Made by a program: the position numbers and the translations under genes. From a virus, in the IMG/VR virus record IMGVR_UViG_3300047471_000162, positions 1 through 64,000 of that record: a stretch of DNA of 64,000 bases; one strand, written 5' to 3'. Positions 8,931-15,298 of this stretch are shown in pieces. The notes beneath the pieces are model-generated. The model did no database searches and was not told the origin of the DNA. It saw only the letters and a list, made by a program, of their open reading frames with translations. Position 1 is the first letter of the stretch, and each line of letters begins with the position of its first letter.

Positions 8931-9095
8931 ATGGCAAAGAAGAATGATACACCCAAGGATCTTCCGGTCCTTATGCCTACTGGCAAGCGTCCTTCTTTGA
9001 AGGAACTGGCAGATACCGCTAAGATTGATCCAGTAGTAGATCGTCTTATCACCGATAAGAATATTTCAGTATCCGCGTTTAACTCCTCAATTTAA
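8931..9095 (+). CDS. FxSxx-COOH family RiPP precursor-like peptide (54 aa)
   Basis: C-terminus VSAFNSSI-stop; GGAGAG RBS before ATG at 8931. Confidence 0.75.
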   Translation: MAKKNDTPKDLPVLMPTGKRPSLKELADTAKIDPVVDRLITDKNISVSAFNSSI

Positions 9096-9102
9096 TAGTT
9101 TT

Positions 9103-9175
9103 GCCTGATTAGCTCAGCGGTCAGAGCGCGGGACTCATAAGCCCGTGGTCATCGGTTCGAATCCGATATCAGGTA
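9103..9175 (+). tRNA. tRNA-Met or Ile2 (CAT)
   Basis: Cloverleaf; CTCATAA loop. Confidence 0.9.
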
Positions 9176-9176
9176 C

Positions 9177-9255
9177 TGCGCGGATAGAGAAACGGTGTCT
9201 CGCGAGCCTCATAAGCTCGAAAGTAGTGTGGGTTCGACTCCCCCCTGCGCCACCA
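9177..9255 (+). tRNA. tRNA-Met(CAT), initiator-like
   Basis: CTCATAA loop; 1:72 mismatch; encoded CCA. Confidence 0.85.
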
Positions 9256-9435
9256 CTTATCCTTAGGGATTAGTAGATATATCGAAAGATAGAAGGTTAC
9301 TGTACACCCTTATACGAGTACAGTACTCTGGGGACTAAGCAGATTACTAAGATCTGGCTGACTAGGAGTATAAACTAGGAGGCCCACTAAAACTTTATCG
9401 TCCTCCGGAGGCACGACGTTAAACTACCTCCACCT

Positions 9436-9509
9436 GCGGATATTGCATAATGGTAGTGCCCAACTCTTCCAAAGTTGAGGCGCGGGTCCGATTCCCGCTA
9501 TCCGCTCCA
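9436..9509 (+). tRNA. tRNA-Gly(TCC)
   Basis: CAACT-CTTCCAA-AGTTG; encoded CCA. Confidence 0.9.
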
Positions 9510-9510
9510 A

Positions 9511-9581
9511 TCCCGATTCGTATAAAGGCATTACGCTGCTCTCTGGAAGCAGTCATCGAAGTTCGAATCTTTGATCGGGAG
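9511..9581 (+). tRNA. tRNA-Gln(CTG)
   Basis: CTGCT-CTCTGGA-AGCAG. Confidence 0.9.
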
Positions 9582-9585
9582 CTTT

Positions 9586-9710
9586 AGTACGTGGAGCAAC
9601 TGCATTCCGTCTGGTTCACAGCTTTGGCAGACAGGTAGATGCATAGCGTTGACACAATACCTTAGCGGGTATAGGCTATCAAGGACATAAGCTGAGAGAT
9701 AGCGCGTACT
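9586..9710 (+). ncRNA. Unassigned multi-branched structured RNA
   Basis: AGTACGT/GCGTACT closing stem with internal TGCAT/ATGCA, GTCTG/CAGAC and ATACC/GGTAT helices. Confidence 0.45.
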
Positions 9711-9802
9711 ATTTAGTTTTAGTAGGTCTGGGTAGTCTGCTAGCGACTGTAATCGGAGCCACCCTTTAATATGCGAGGAACGAGCTTTCCCTACTAATTT
9801 AA

Positions 9803-9873
9803 TCCCCTGTGGTGTAAAGGTAGCACCGGAGCCTTTGGATCTCCTAGTCTTGGTTCGAATCCCGGCAGGGGAG
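9803..9873 (+). tRNA. tRNA-Gln(TTG)
   Basis: CTTTGGA loop; cloverleaf. Confidence 0.9.
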
Positions 9874-9876
9874 CTT

Positions 9877-9970
9877 TTCGTATGTATGAGCAATTGGAAG
9901 ACGCGACCATCTAGAATGGTGCACCCGCCTGGGTATTAACGGATGTGGGTTCAAATCCCACCTTACGAAA
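9877..9970 (+). ncRNA. Atypical tRNA-like RNA (Leu TAG-like, C33, long variable region)
   Basis: TTCGTA/TACGAA stem; ACCA-TCTAGAA-TGGT; GTGGGTTCAAATCCCAC T arm. Confidence 0.5.
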
Positions 9971-10002
9971 ACTTTACTAACTTAATCTTATGAGGTACTA
10001 TC

Positions 10003-10176
10003 ATGGCAGAAAAGAAGAAAGCCGTTAAACATGTAGGTTTTAAGAATGCTGAGAAGAAAGTAGAATCTGAGGGCTATTCAAAGAAATCCGCAGGTGCTAT
10101 TATCGCATCAGCTTCTCGTAATGCTTCTTCTGCTGAAAAGAAAAAGAACCATAAGCTTAATAAAGTAAAAGGCTAA
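10003..10176 (+). CDS. Small Lys-rich basic protein (57 aa)
   Basis: GAGG RBS; MAEKKKAVKHVGFKNAEKK...KVKG. Confidence 0.7.
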   Translation: MAEKKKAVKHVGFKNAEKKVESEGYSKKSAGAIIASASRNASSAEKKKNHKLNKVKG

Positions 10177-10193
10177 ACTATAGGAGGCAAACT

Positions 10194-10502
10194 ATGGGGT
10201 ATTACTCAACATTTGAAGTTATTGATACTGATATTCAGGATATTGTCGATATTCTAAATGATGTATTAGAGGACACTGCGCACCCCGGATGGGTTACTTA
10301 TAGTAACGAGGAAGTTCACGGTTGCGGCTCCACTAAATGGTACGACTGGATAGAGGATTTGGCACTCTTCGCTACCAAATATCCTGACAACTTTCTTGTC
10401 ATCGAGCGTTGTGGTGAAGAGTCTCCAGATATGTCTAGAGCAATTGTCCGTCATGGTACTGTGCGGGAAGTTGAGCCCGAGATAGTATGGCCTGAATATT
10501 GA
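10194..10502 (+). CDS. Hypothetical protein
   Basis: AGGAGG RBS. Confidence 0.8.
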   Translation: MGYYSTFEVIDTDIQDIVDILNDVLEDTAHPGWVTYSNEEVHGCGSTKWYDWIEDLALFATKYPDNFLVIERCGEESPDMSRAIVRHGTVREVEPEIVWPEY

Positions 10503-10550
10503 TGGTATTCTCCTATTAAGATATGTGACACTTAATAGGAGAATATTTTT

Positions 10551-10982
10551 ATGCCAAAGCAAACAAAGTCTGAGCAGATTGATATGCTTCAAACAGAGTT
10601 AAAAGAAGCTCAAGCTATCATTCGTACTAAGACTAATAGAATAGACGAACTTCATAGTCAAGCTGACGATTTCATGGGTATAATTAGCGATCTAAATGCT
10701 GAGATTGCTAAACTTATTCATACTCCTGAGTTCGCTGCTGATACAGAGTCTGCATTTGACAGAGGACGTCAGGATGGAGTACGCTCTCTCGTATACTCGG
10801 CACAAGGCAAGCTAGTAGATATGCAGAAGGAGATTGAGGTACTTGTGCAATCCCTGGTTCGCAAGTATAGTAGAGACATGAGTTGGGATCTGTTCCATGG
10901 CGGTTATCCTTCTAGCGAGGAAGTAAAGCTACCAGATACAGACTTCACCAGAAAGCTACTAGACAACGCTGAGAAGTTGTAG
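10551..10982 (+). CDS. Coiled-coil hypothetical protein
   Basis: AGGAG RBS. Confidence 0.8.
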   Translation: MPKQTKSEQIDMLQTELKEAQAIIRTKTNRIDELHSQADDFMGIISDLNAEIAKLIHTPEFAADTESAFDRGRQDGVRSLVYSAQGKLVDMQKEIEVLVQSLVRKYSRDMSWDLFHGGYPSSEEVKLPDTDFTRKLLDNAEKL

Positions 10983-11015
10983 TACAGTAGTTAATACGAG
11001 CCCGCAAGGGCTTAT

Positions 11016-11088
11016 CCTCTCGTAGTGTATTGGTGTAGCACGGCACCCTGTCACGGTGTAAGGGCCGGTTCAATTCCGGTCGGGAGGA
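11016..11088 (+). tRNA. tRNA-Asp(GTC)
   Basis: GCACC-CTGTCAC-GGTGT. Confidence 0.9.
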
Positions 11089-11244
11089 CGTATCCGGTTA
11101 GTGGAATAGTCATCCGGACACATGCGAAAAGCTATGAATTGCATGTCGGCATAGAAGTGGCGCAGACAAGGGAAGGGCCACCAGCGAGGAGAACCAGTCG
11201 AAAGGCTGGGCACAAGGGATGAGACTCGCACTAAACTTAATAAT

Positions 11245-11317
11245 GCTCGATTGGACTAGCGGTTATGTCGCTTCCCTCTCAAGGAAGAGATCACGGGTTC
11301 AAATCCCGTATCGAGTA
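11245..11317 (+). tRNA. tRNA-Glu(CTC)
   Basis: CTTCC-CTCTCAA-GGAAG. Confidence 0.9.
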
Positions 11318-11381
11318 CAAGGCTATAGGTTCAGAACCTTAATTGGTGCCGGAATTCTGAATAGGCATCCTATGGCTTCAT

Positions 11382-11459
11382 GCCGCTGTTACTCTGTTGG
11401 TAGGGGTGCCCTGGTTTTCACCCAGGATGTCAGCGCCGGTTCGATTCCGGTCAGCGGTA
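11382..11459 (+). tRNA. tRNA-Glu(TTC)
   Basis: CCTGG-TTTTCAC-CCAGG. Confidence 0.88.
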
Positions 11460-11539
11460 CTTCATTAATTTAATAACTTTCCTATACAATAGACTTATGC
11501 TATAGCGAGCATTTCTATTTTCCTAGGAAAGGTATTCCC

Positions 11540-11839
11540 ATGGCTTTTACTTATACTATTGTTAAGGCTGATGCACTAGCCGTTAACGATCAGGTTCGTG
11601 CGGCAGTTATGCAGGACGGTCACTGCTACGTATTTCCAGTCCCTACAACTTCTGGGGCAACATTTCCCACCACTGTACGTTCTATCACTAATCTAGCTGC
11701 CGGTACTCCTGGTGCTGGTGGAACTGATGGACTATACAGTGTGCAGCTAAATAACGCTTCTGTATTTGCTCTACCAGTTGATTTCGTTATTAACGATAAT
11801 AACGACTTCATCGTTAAGGCAACAGGTACTGCTCCGTAA
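11540..11839 (+). CDS. Hypothetical protein (composition like a virion protein)
   Basis: ORF with RBS; T/A/G-rich. Confidence 0.75.
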   Translation: MAFTYTIVKADALAVNDQVRAAVMQDGHCYVFPVPTTSGATFPTTVRSITNLAAGTPGAGGTDGLYSVQLNNASVFALPVDFVINDNNDFIVKATGTAP

Positions 11840-11878
11840 GTCTTGAAGGTTGGCCACTAACCTGATATAGTGGCACTT

Positions 11879-11952
11879 GCCCCTATAGCTCATGTAGGCA
11901 GAGCAGGACTCTTGTAAAGTTCAGGCGGAGGGTGCAAGTCCTTCTGGGGGCT
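11879..11952 (+). tRNA. tRNA-Thr(TGT)
   Basis: GGACT-CTTGTAA-AGTTC; variant T loop TGCAAGT. Confidence 0.85.
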
Positions 11953-11990
11953 CTTGATTTAAAATCAACTGGTCTGCTACACTAATATCT

Positions 11991-12395
11991 ATGAACACTT
12001 GTAAATACTGTAATTTAGATATAGATAGCAGATCAGTTAAAATCTACTGTAATAATATTTGTCAGCAGAAATTTCAACAGGCTGAGAAAATAAAACTATG
12101 GTTAGAAACTGGTAAAGCTTACGCAGGTTCACATAAGAATCATTATGTTCGTAATTATGTAGCAGATGAGCAACAGCATCTTTGTGATATTTGTAGTTTT
12201 CCAGATTCATGGAATAATATGGACCTAGTTTTTGTATTAGATCATATTGACGGGGACTCTAGTAATAACTGGAGAACTAATCTTAGATTAGTTTGTCCTA
12301 ACTGCGATAGTCAGTTGTCAACGTATAAAGCTAAAAATAAAGGAAATGGACGACATTCTAGGCGGGAACGTTACGCAGAGGGTAAGTCCTATTAG
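11991..12395 (+). CDS. HNH homing endonuclease
   Basis: CDIC...LDHIDGDSSNNWRTNLRLVCPNCD. Confidence 0.9.
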   Translation: MNTCKYCNLDIDSRSVKIYCNNICQQKFQQAEKIKLWLETGKAYAGSHKNHYVRNYVADEQQHLCDICSFPDSWNNMDLVFVLDHIDGDSSNNWRTNLRLVCPNCDSQLSTYKAKNKGNGRHSRRERYAEGKSY

Positions 12396-12541
12396 ATTTA
12401 GGTTATGCACAGTAACACCTGGCACGGTGGTCTTGAAACCAAAGGTACTTCCGGGGTATCGTTGAAGGGTCAAGAGATAATCCGATTAAACGCTGAAGAC
12501 CTGTGTATCGAGACCGGTGTATGAACCGTCATCTCGATTAT

Positions 12542-12615
12542 GCTCCAATATCCCAGCGGCTAGAGGACGCAAGCTCAAACCTTGTGTGTCGTGGGTTCGA
12601 ATCCCACTTGGAGTA
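12542..12615 (+). tRNA. tRNA-Leu(CAA) with short variable loop
   Basis: GCAAG-CTCAAAC-CTTGT. Confidence 0.85.
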
Positions 12616-12628
12616 CGTAATATTTAAT

Positions 12629-12711
12629 GCCCGCATGGTGAAATCAGGCAGCCACGATTGACTTAAAATCAATTGTCTTCGGACGTGTCGGTTCGAGTCC
12701 GACTGTGGGCA
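12629..12711 (+). tRNA. tRNA-Leu(TAA), bldA-type anticodon
   Basis: ATTGA-CTTAAAA-TCAAT; variable arm present. Confidence 0.92.
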
Positions 12712-12755
12712 CGAGCTTTAAGGAAACCGTTGGGCATGACAACGGAACCAATTTT

Positions 12756-12836
12756 GCCCGTGTGGCGGAACTAGGCAGACGCGCCTGACTTAGGATCAGG
12801 TTCTTCGGAGTGCAGGTTCGATTCCTGTCACGGGTA
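12756..12836 (+). tRNA. tRNA-Leu(TAG)
   Basis: CCTGA-CTTAGGA-TCAGG. Confidence 0.92.
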
Positions 12837-12866
12837 CGTTAATAAATCCTACAAGGAGGCAACCTT

Positions 12867-13079
12867 ATGGATATCTTGGGGACTCTTGGTCCTTGGCTTC
12901 TTCTTATTATCATTGGTGGTTTTACTATCTTTATGACTCAGAAGAAGGGTTGGAAGTGGCAGCAGATTATCGCTGGAGTTTTACTTCTAGCAGCACTCTA
13001 CGGTAACTTTCCTTCATTACCTCAAAGTATCAATACTGGACTGAACAGTATCGTTACATCCTTTGAGAAAGGTAAGTAA
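12867..13079 (+). CDS. Two-TM membrane protein (possible holin)
   Basis: Two hydrophobic segments; near the endolysin; AAGGAGG RBS. Confidence 0.6.
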   Translation: MDILGTLGPWLLLIIIGGFTIFMTQKKGWKWQQIIAGVLLLAALYGNFPSLPQSINTGLNSIVTSFEKGK

Positions 13080-13093
13080 AGCCTTCGGGCTAT

Positions 13094-13161
13094 AGGGAGC
13101 GCACTGGGTGCGGGACACTCTCCAAAAGTATCCTTGCGGGGTTCGATCCCCCGGCTCCCTG
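13094..13161 (+). tRNA. tRNA-Trp(CCA), compact form with mini D arm
   Basis: AGGGAGC/GCTCCCT; GCAC-TGG-GTGC; CTCCAAA loop. Confidence 0.8.
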
Positions 13162-13213
13162 CTTTTCCTGTAGAATAGCTAAAGAATTAGTTATTCTACT
13201 ATAAGGAGCACAA

Positions 13214-13990
13214 ATGGCACTTATGCCAAATGCAACTTGGATCGGCCCAACTCCTAACCGTTACATTGGTGGGATGACAGCCTATCACGTTGTAGTACTA
13301 CACATTGAAGAAGGAACTGACGCGGGTTCCCGCGCATGGTTCACAAATCCAGAATCTCAGGCTTCCGCCCATTTCTTAAATCCCAAGAGTGGTCCTCTTG
13401 AGCAGTTAATCGACTCAGATGACGCATCTTGGGCTCAGATGGCTGGAAATCATATTGCTATCTCTGTTGAGCATGCAGGAAATGCAGGAGATGACCTAAC
13501 ACCTTCTCAGCTTGAGAACGACGCACAGCTTCTAGCTTGGGCTCATTTCACTCATGGTATTCCACTTCAGTCCACTGATGATCCTAACGGATTTGGGTTG
13601 GGTTGGCATGGAATGGGTGGAGACGCTTGGGGTGGACATTTCGGATGCCCTGGAGAGCCTATAAAGGCTCGTAGAGACGCTATCGTAGCCAGAGCGGCAC
13701 AGATCCTAGGACAGGCTCCAACAGGCGCTCCCAGCCCCTCTCCAGCCCCTCAGGGACCCGGTTTCCCGGGTGAGTACCTATCTGTACAGTCTCCTATGCT
13801 TCACGACAACAATGTTAGAGTGTGGCAGCAGAAGATGCACGACAGAGGCTGGACAATCAGCGTTGATGGATGGTATGGTAATGCTTCAGCAAGTGTTTGC
13901 CGTCAGTTCCAGTCTGAAAAGGGATTGACAGCGGATGGTATTGTTGGACCTAAGACATGGTTCACGACCTGGAATTCTCCAGTAACGTAA
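13214..13990 (+). CDS. Endolysin: N-acetylmuramoyl-L-alanine amidase plus peptidoglycan-binding domain
   Basis: VVLH...SAHF...SVEH...H..CPG; C-terminal VDG.YG...FQ...GLTADGIVGPKTW. Confidence 0.9.
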   Translation: MALMPNATWIGPTPNRYIGGMTAYHVVVLHIEEGTDAGSRAWFTNPESQASAHFLNPKSGPLEQLIDSDDASWAQMAGNHIAISVEHAGNAGDDLTPSQLENDAQLLAWAHFTHGIPLQSTDDPNGFGLGWHGMGGDAWGGHFGCPGEPIKARRDAIVARAAQILGQAPTGAPSPSPAPQGPGFPGEYLSVQSPMLHDNNVRVWQQKMHDRGWTISVDGWYGNASASVCRQFQSEKGLTADGIVGPKTWFTTWNSPVT

Positions 13991-13993
13991 GAC

Positions 13994-14022
13994 TTGACAC
14001 TACTCCCGCCTAGTGCTACAGT
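13994..14022 (+). promoter_or_regulatory. Sigma70/HrdB-type promoter
   Basis: TTGACA-17-TACAGT. Confidence 0.7.
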
Positions 14023-14081
14023 AGTGAATACGCCGAACGGAAGTATAAACAAAGATTTAGAACACTCCTAGTAGGCTTTAA

Positions 14082-14118
14082 TCCCGCATAGCTCAATGGC
14101 AGAGCACGTTATGTTAAA
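14082..14118 (+). pseudogene. 5' half of a tRNA (Asn-like), truncated just before an HNH gene
   Basis: TCCCGCATAGCTCAATGGCAGAGCA...TGTTAA with no T arm or 3' strand. Confidence 0.65.
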
Positions 14119-14126
14119 CTATAGTT

Positions 14127-14543
14127 ATGAATAATGACTATATGAAAGTTTATATGCAACAGCGTAGGAATAATCGACGTGCTACACTAACAGAGCTTGC
14201 AGGAGCTATGTGTCAACTCTGCCCTTCAGTTGAAGGGTTAGAGTTTGACCATATAGACAAAGCTACTAAGCTATTCACTCTAAGTGGAGCTGGGCTGGAT
14301 AAGGCTTGGCAAAAAATACTTGACGAACTTGCCAAGTGTCAGCTACTATGTAGTGAGTGCCACAAAATTAAAACTAGTATTATGGTAGATCACATAGGTG
14401 GTCATAATAAAATTCTAGAACAAGATCTACTGCATGGTACTGCACGAATGTATACCCTTAAAGGGTGTAGATGTAGTATGTGCAGATTGGCTAAGAAACG
14501 CTATCGTAATAAGGAAATTCTTATTAATGAATTAGCATCTTAG
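14127..14543 (+). CDS. HNH homing endonuclease
   Basis: CQLC...LEFDHID...KCQLLCSECHKIKT; C-terminal HGT...GCRC..C. Confidence 0.9.
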   Translation: MNNDYMKVYMQQRRNNRRATLTELAGAMCQLCPSVEGLEFDHIDKATKLFTLSGAGLDKAWQKILDELAKCQLLCSECHKIKTSIMVDHIGGHNKILEQDLLHGTARMYTLKGCRCSMCRLAKKRYRNKEILINELAS

Positions 14544-14549
14544 CGGTAT

Positions 14550-14625
14550 TCTCACGGGGCAGCTATTGGCAGCTGCAACGGTCTGTTAAACCGTCACCCT
14601 ACTGGTTCGATTCCAGTCGTGAGAG
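14550..14625 (+). tRNA. tRNA-Asn(GTT)
   Basis: ACGGT-CTGTTAA-ACCGT. Confidence 0.88.
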
Positions 14626-14630
14626 CTTGT

Positions 14631-14727
14631 AGGAAGTCTTAGACATGGGCTACGGTTCAATTCCGTAACAATGCTGGTGGGTGGTTGATCGCCACATGCC
14701 TTCTAGGTGCGAAACCTAGAGCTTCCT
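14631..14727 (+). ncRNA. Structured RNA containing a T-arm-like hairpin
   Basis: AGGAAG/CTTCCT closing stem; TACGG-TTCAATT-CCGTA; TCTAGGT/ACCTAGA hairpin. Confidence 0.5.
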
Positions 14728-14736
14728 CATTGACTT

Positions 14737-14877
14737 GACAGCGATGCGTAGATAAGAGATACTTCAAGGGAACCCTTAGTCGTAGGTTCGAATCCTACCC
14801 GGCCGAACACTTCGGTTGGTAGCTCAGCGGTAGAGCAGGGGTAAGTAAAATTCTTTTATCGCTTCTTTCTAGCTGTC
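14737..14877 (+). ncRNA. Y RNA, YrlA-like, with a circularly permuted tRNA-like domain (unit 1)
   Basis: GACAGC/GCTGTC terminal stem; CGATGCG...TACTTC...TTTCTAG scaffold; order T arm, looped acceptor-like stem, D arm; upstream of a Ro60 gene. Confidence 0.85.
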
Positions 14878-14886
14878 TTATAACTT

Positions 14887-14980
14887 AAGAGCCGATGCGT
14901 AGATCAGGGGTTACTTCCTCACTAATTCAAATGGTTGGGCCATAGCGCCCGTCTCCTCAGATCGCTTTTTCTAGGCCCTT
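14887..14980 (+). ncRNA. Y-RNA-like unit 2
   Basis: AAGAGCC/GGCCCTT stem; CGATGCG...TTACTTC...TTTCTAG. Confidence 0.75.
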
Positions 14981-14996
14981 ACGCTAACTTAATTTT

Positions 14997-15069
14997 TCTA
15001 CCCGATGCGCAGTTAACAGTTACTTCCTTCCAAAATATAAGCACTGTTAACGACTTTTTCTAGGGTGGA
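14997..15069 (+). ncRNA. Y-RNA-like unit 3 (minimal)
   Basis: TCTACCC/GGGTGGA and GTTAACAGT/ACTGTTAAC stems; same three motifs. Confidence 0.75.
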
Positions 15070-15080
15070 TCTCAAATTTC

Positions 15081-15208
15081 AGTTCCGATGCGAAGGTATA
15101 CTGGTTACTTCCCACTTGAAATGAGAACGGGAGGGTTTGAATCCCTCAAGGTCCACTCAGGGCCTGCATGACGCCAGTTAACACCAGAAGCCGCTATTTC
15201 TAGGAACT
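15081..15208 (+). ncRNA. Y-RNA-like unit 4 with T-arm hairpin
   Basis: AGTTCC/GGAACT stem; same motifs; GAGGG-TTTGAAT-CCCTC. Confidence 0.75.
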
Positions 15209-15221
15209 TATTTTTAATCCT

Positions 15222-15263
15222 CCCCATTGTCCGAGTTTTCTCGCACTAATGGGGTTTATTTTT
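15222..15263 (+). terminator. Intrinsic terminator-like hairpin after the Y-RNA array
   Basis: CCCCATT...AATGGGG followed by TTTATTTTT. Confidence 0.6.
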
Positions 15264-15298
15264 CTCTAACCATGTACCACGATAAAGGAGGCAATACA

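Noticed and set aside
9877-9970. Amber suppressor (CTA) tRNA or genetic-code reassignment
   Set aside because: The best-centred loop reads TAG rather than CTA, and genes end normally at TAG codons
14737-15208. CRISPR array interpretation of the four repeated units
   Set aside because: The conserved parts are short split motifs with covarying stems, unit lengths are unequal, and no cas genes are present; the adjacent Ro60 gene explains them better as Y RNAs
15227-15298. Longer N-terminus for the Ro60 ORF
   Set aside because: It starts inside a terminator-like hairpin; the strong RBS supports ATG at 15299
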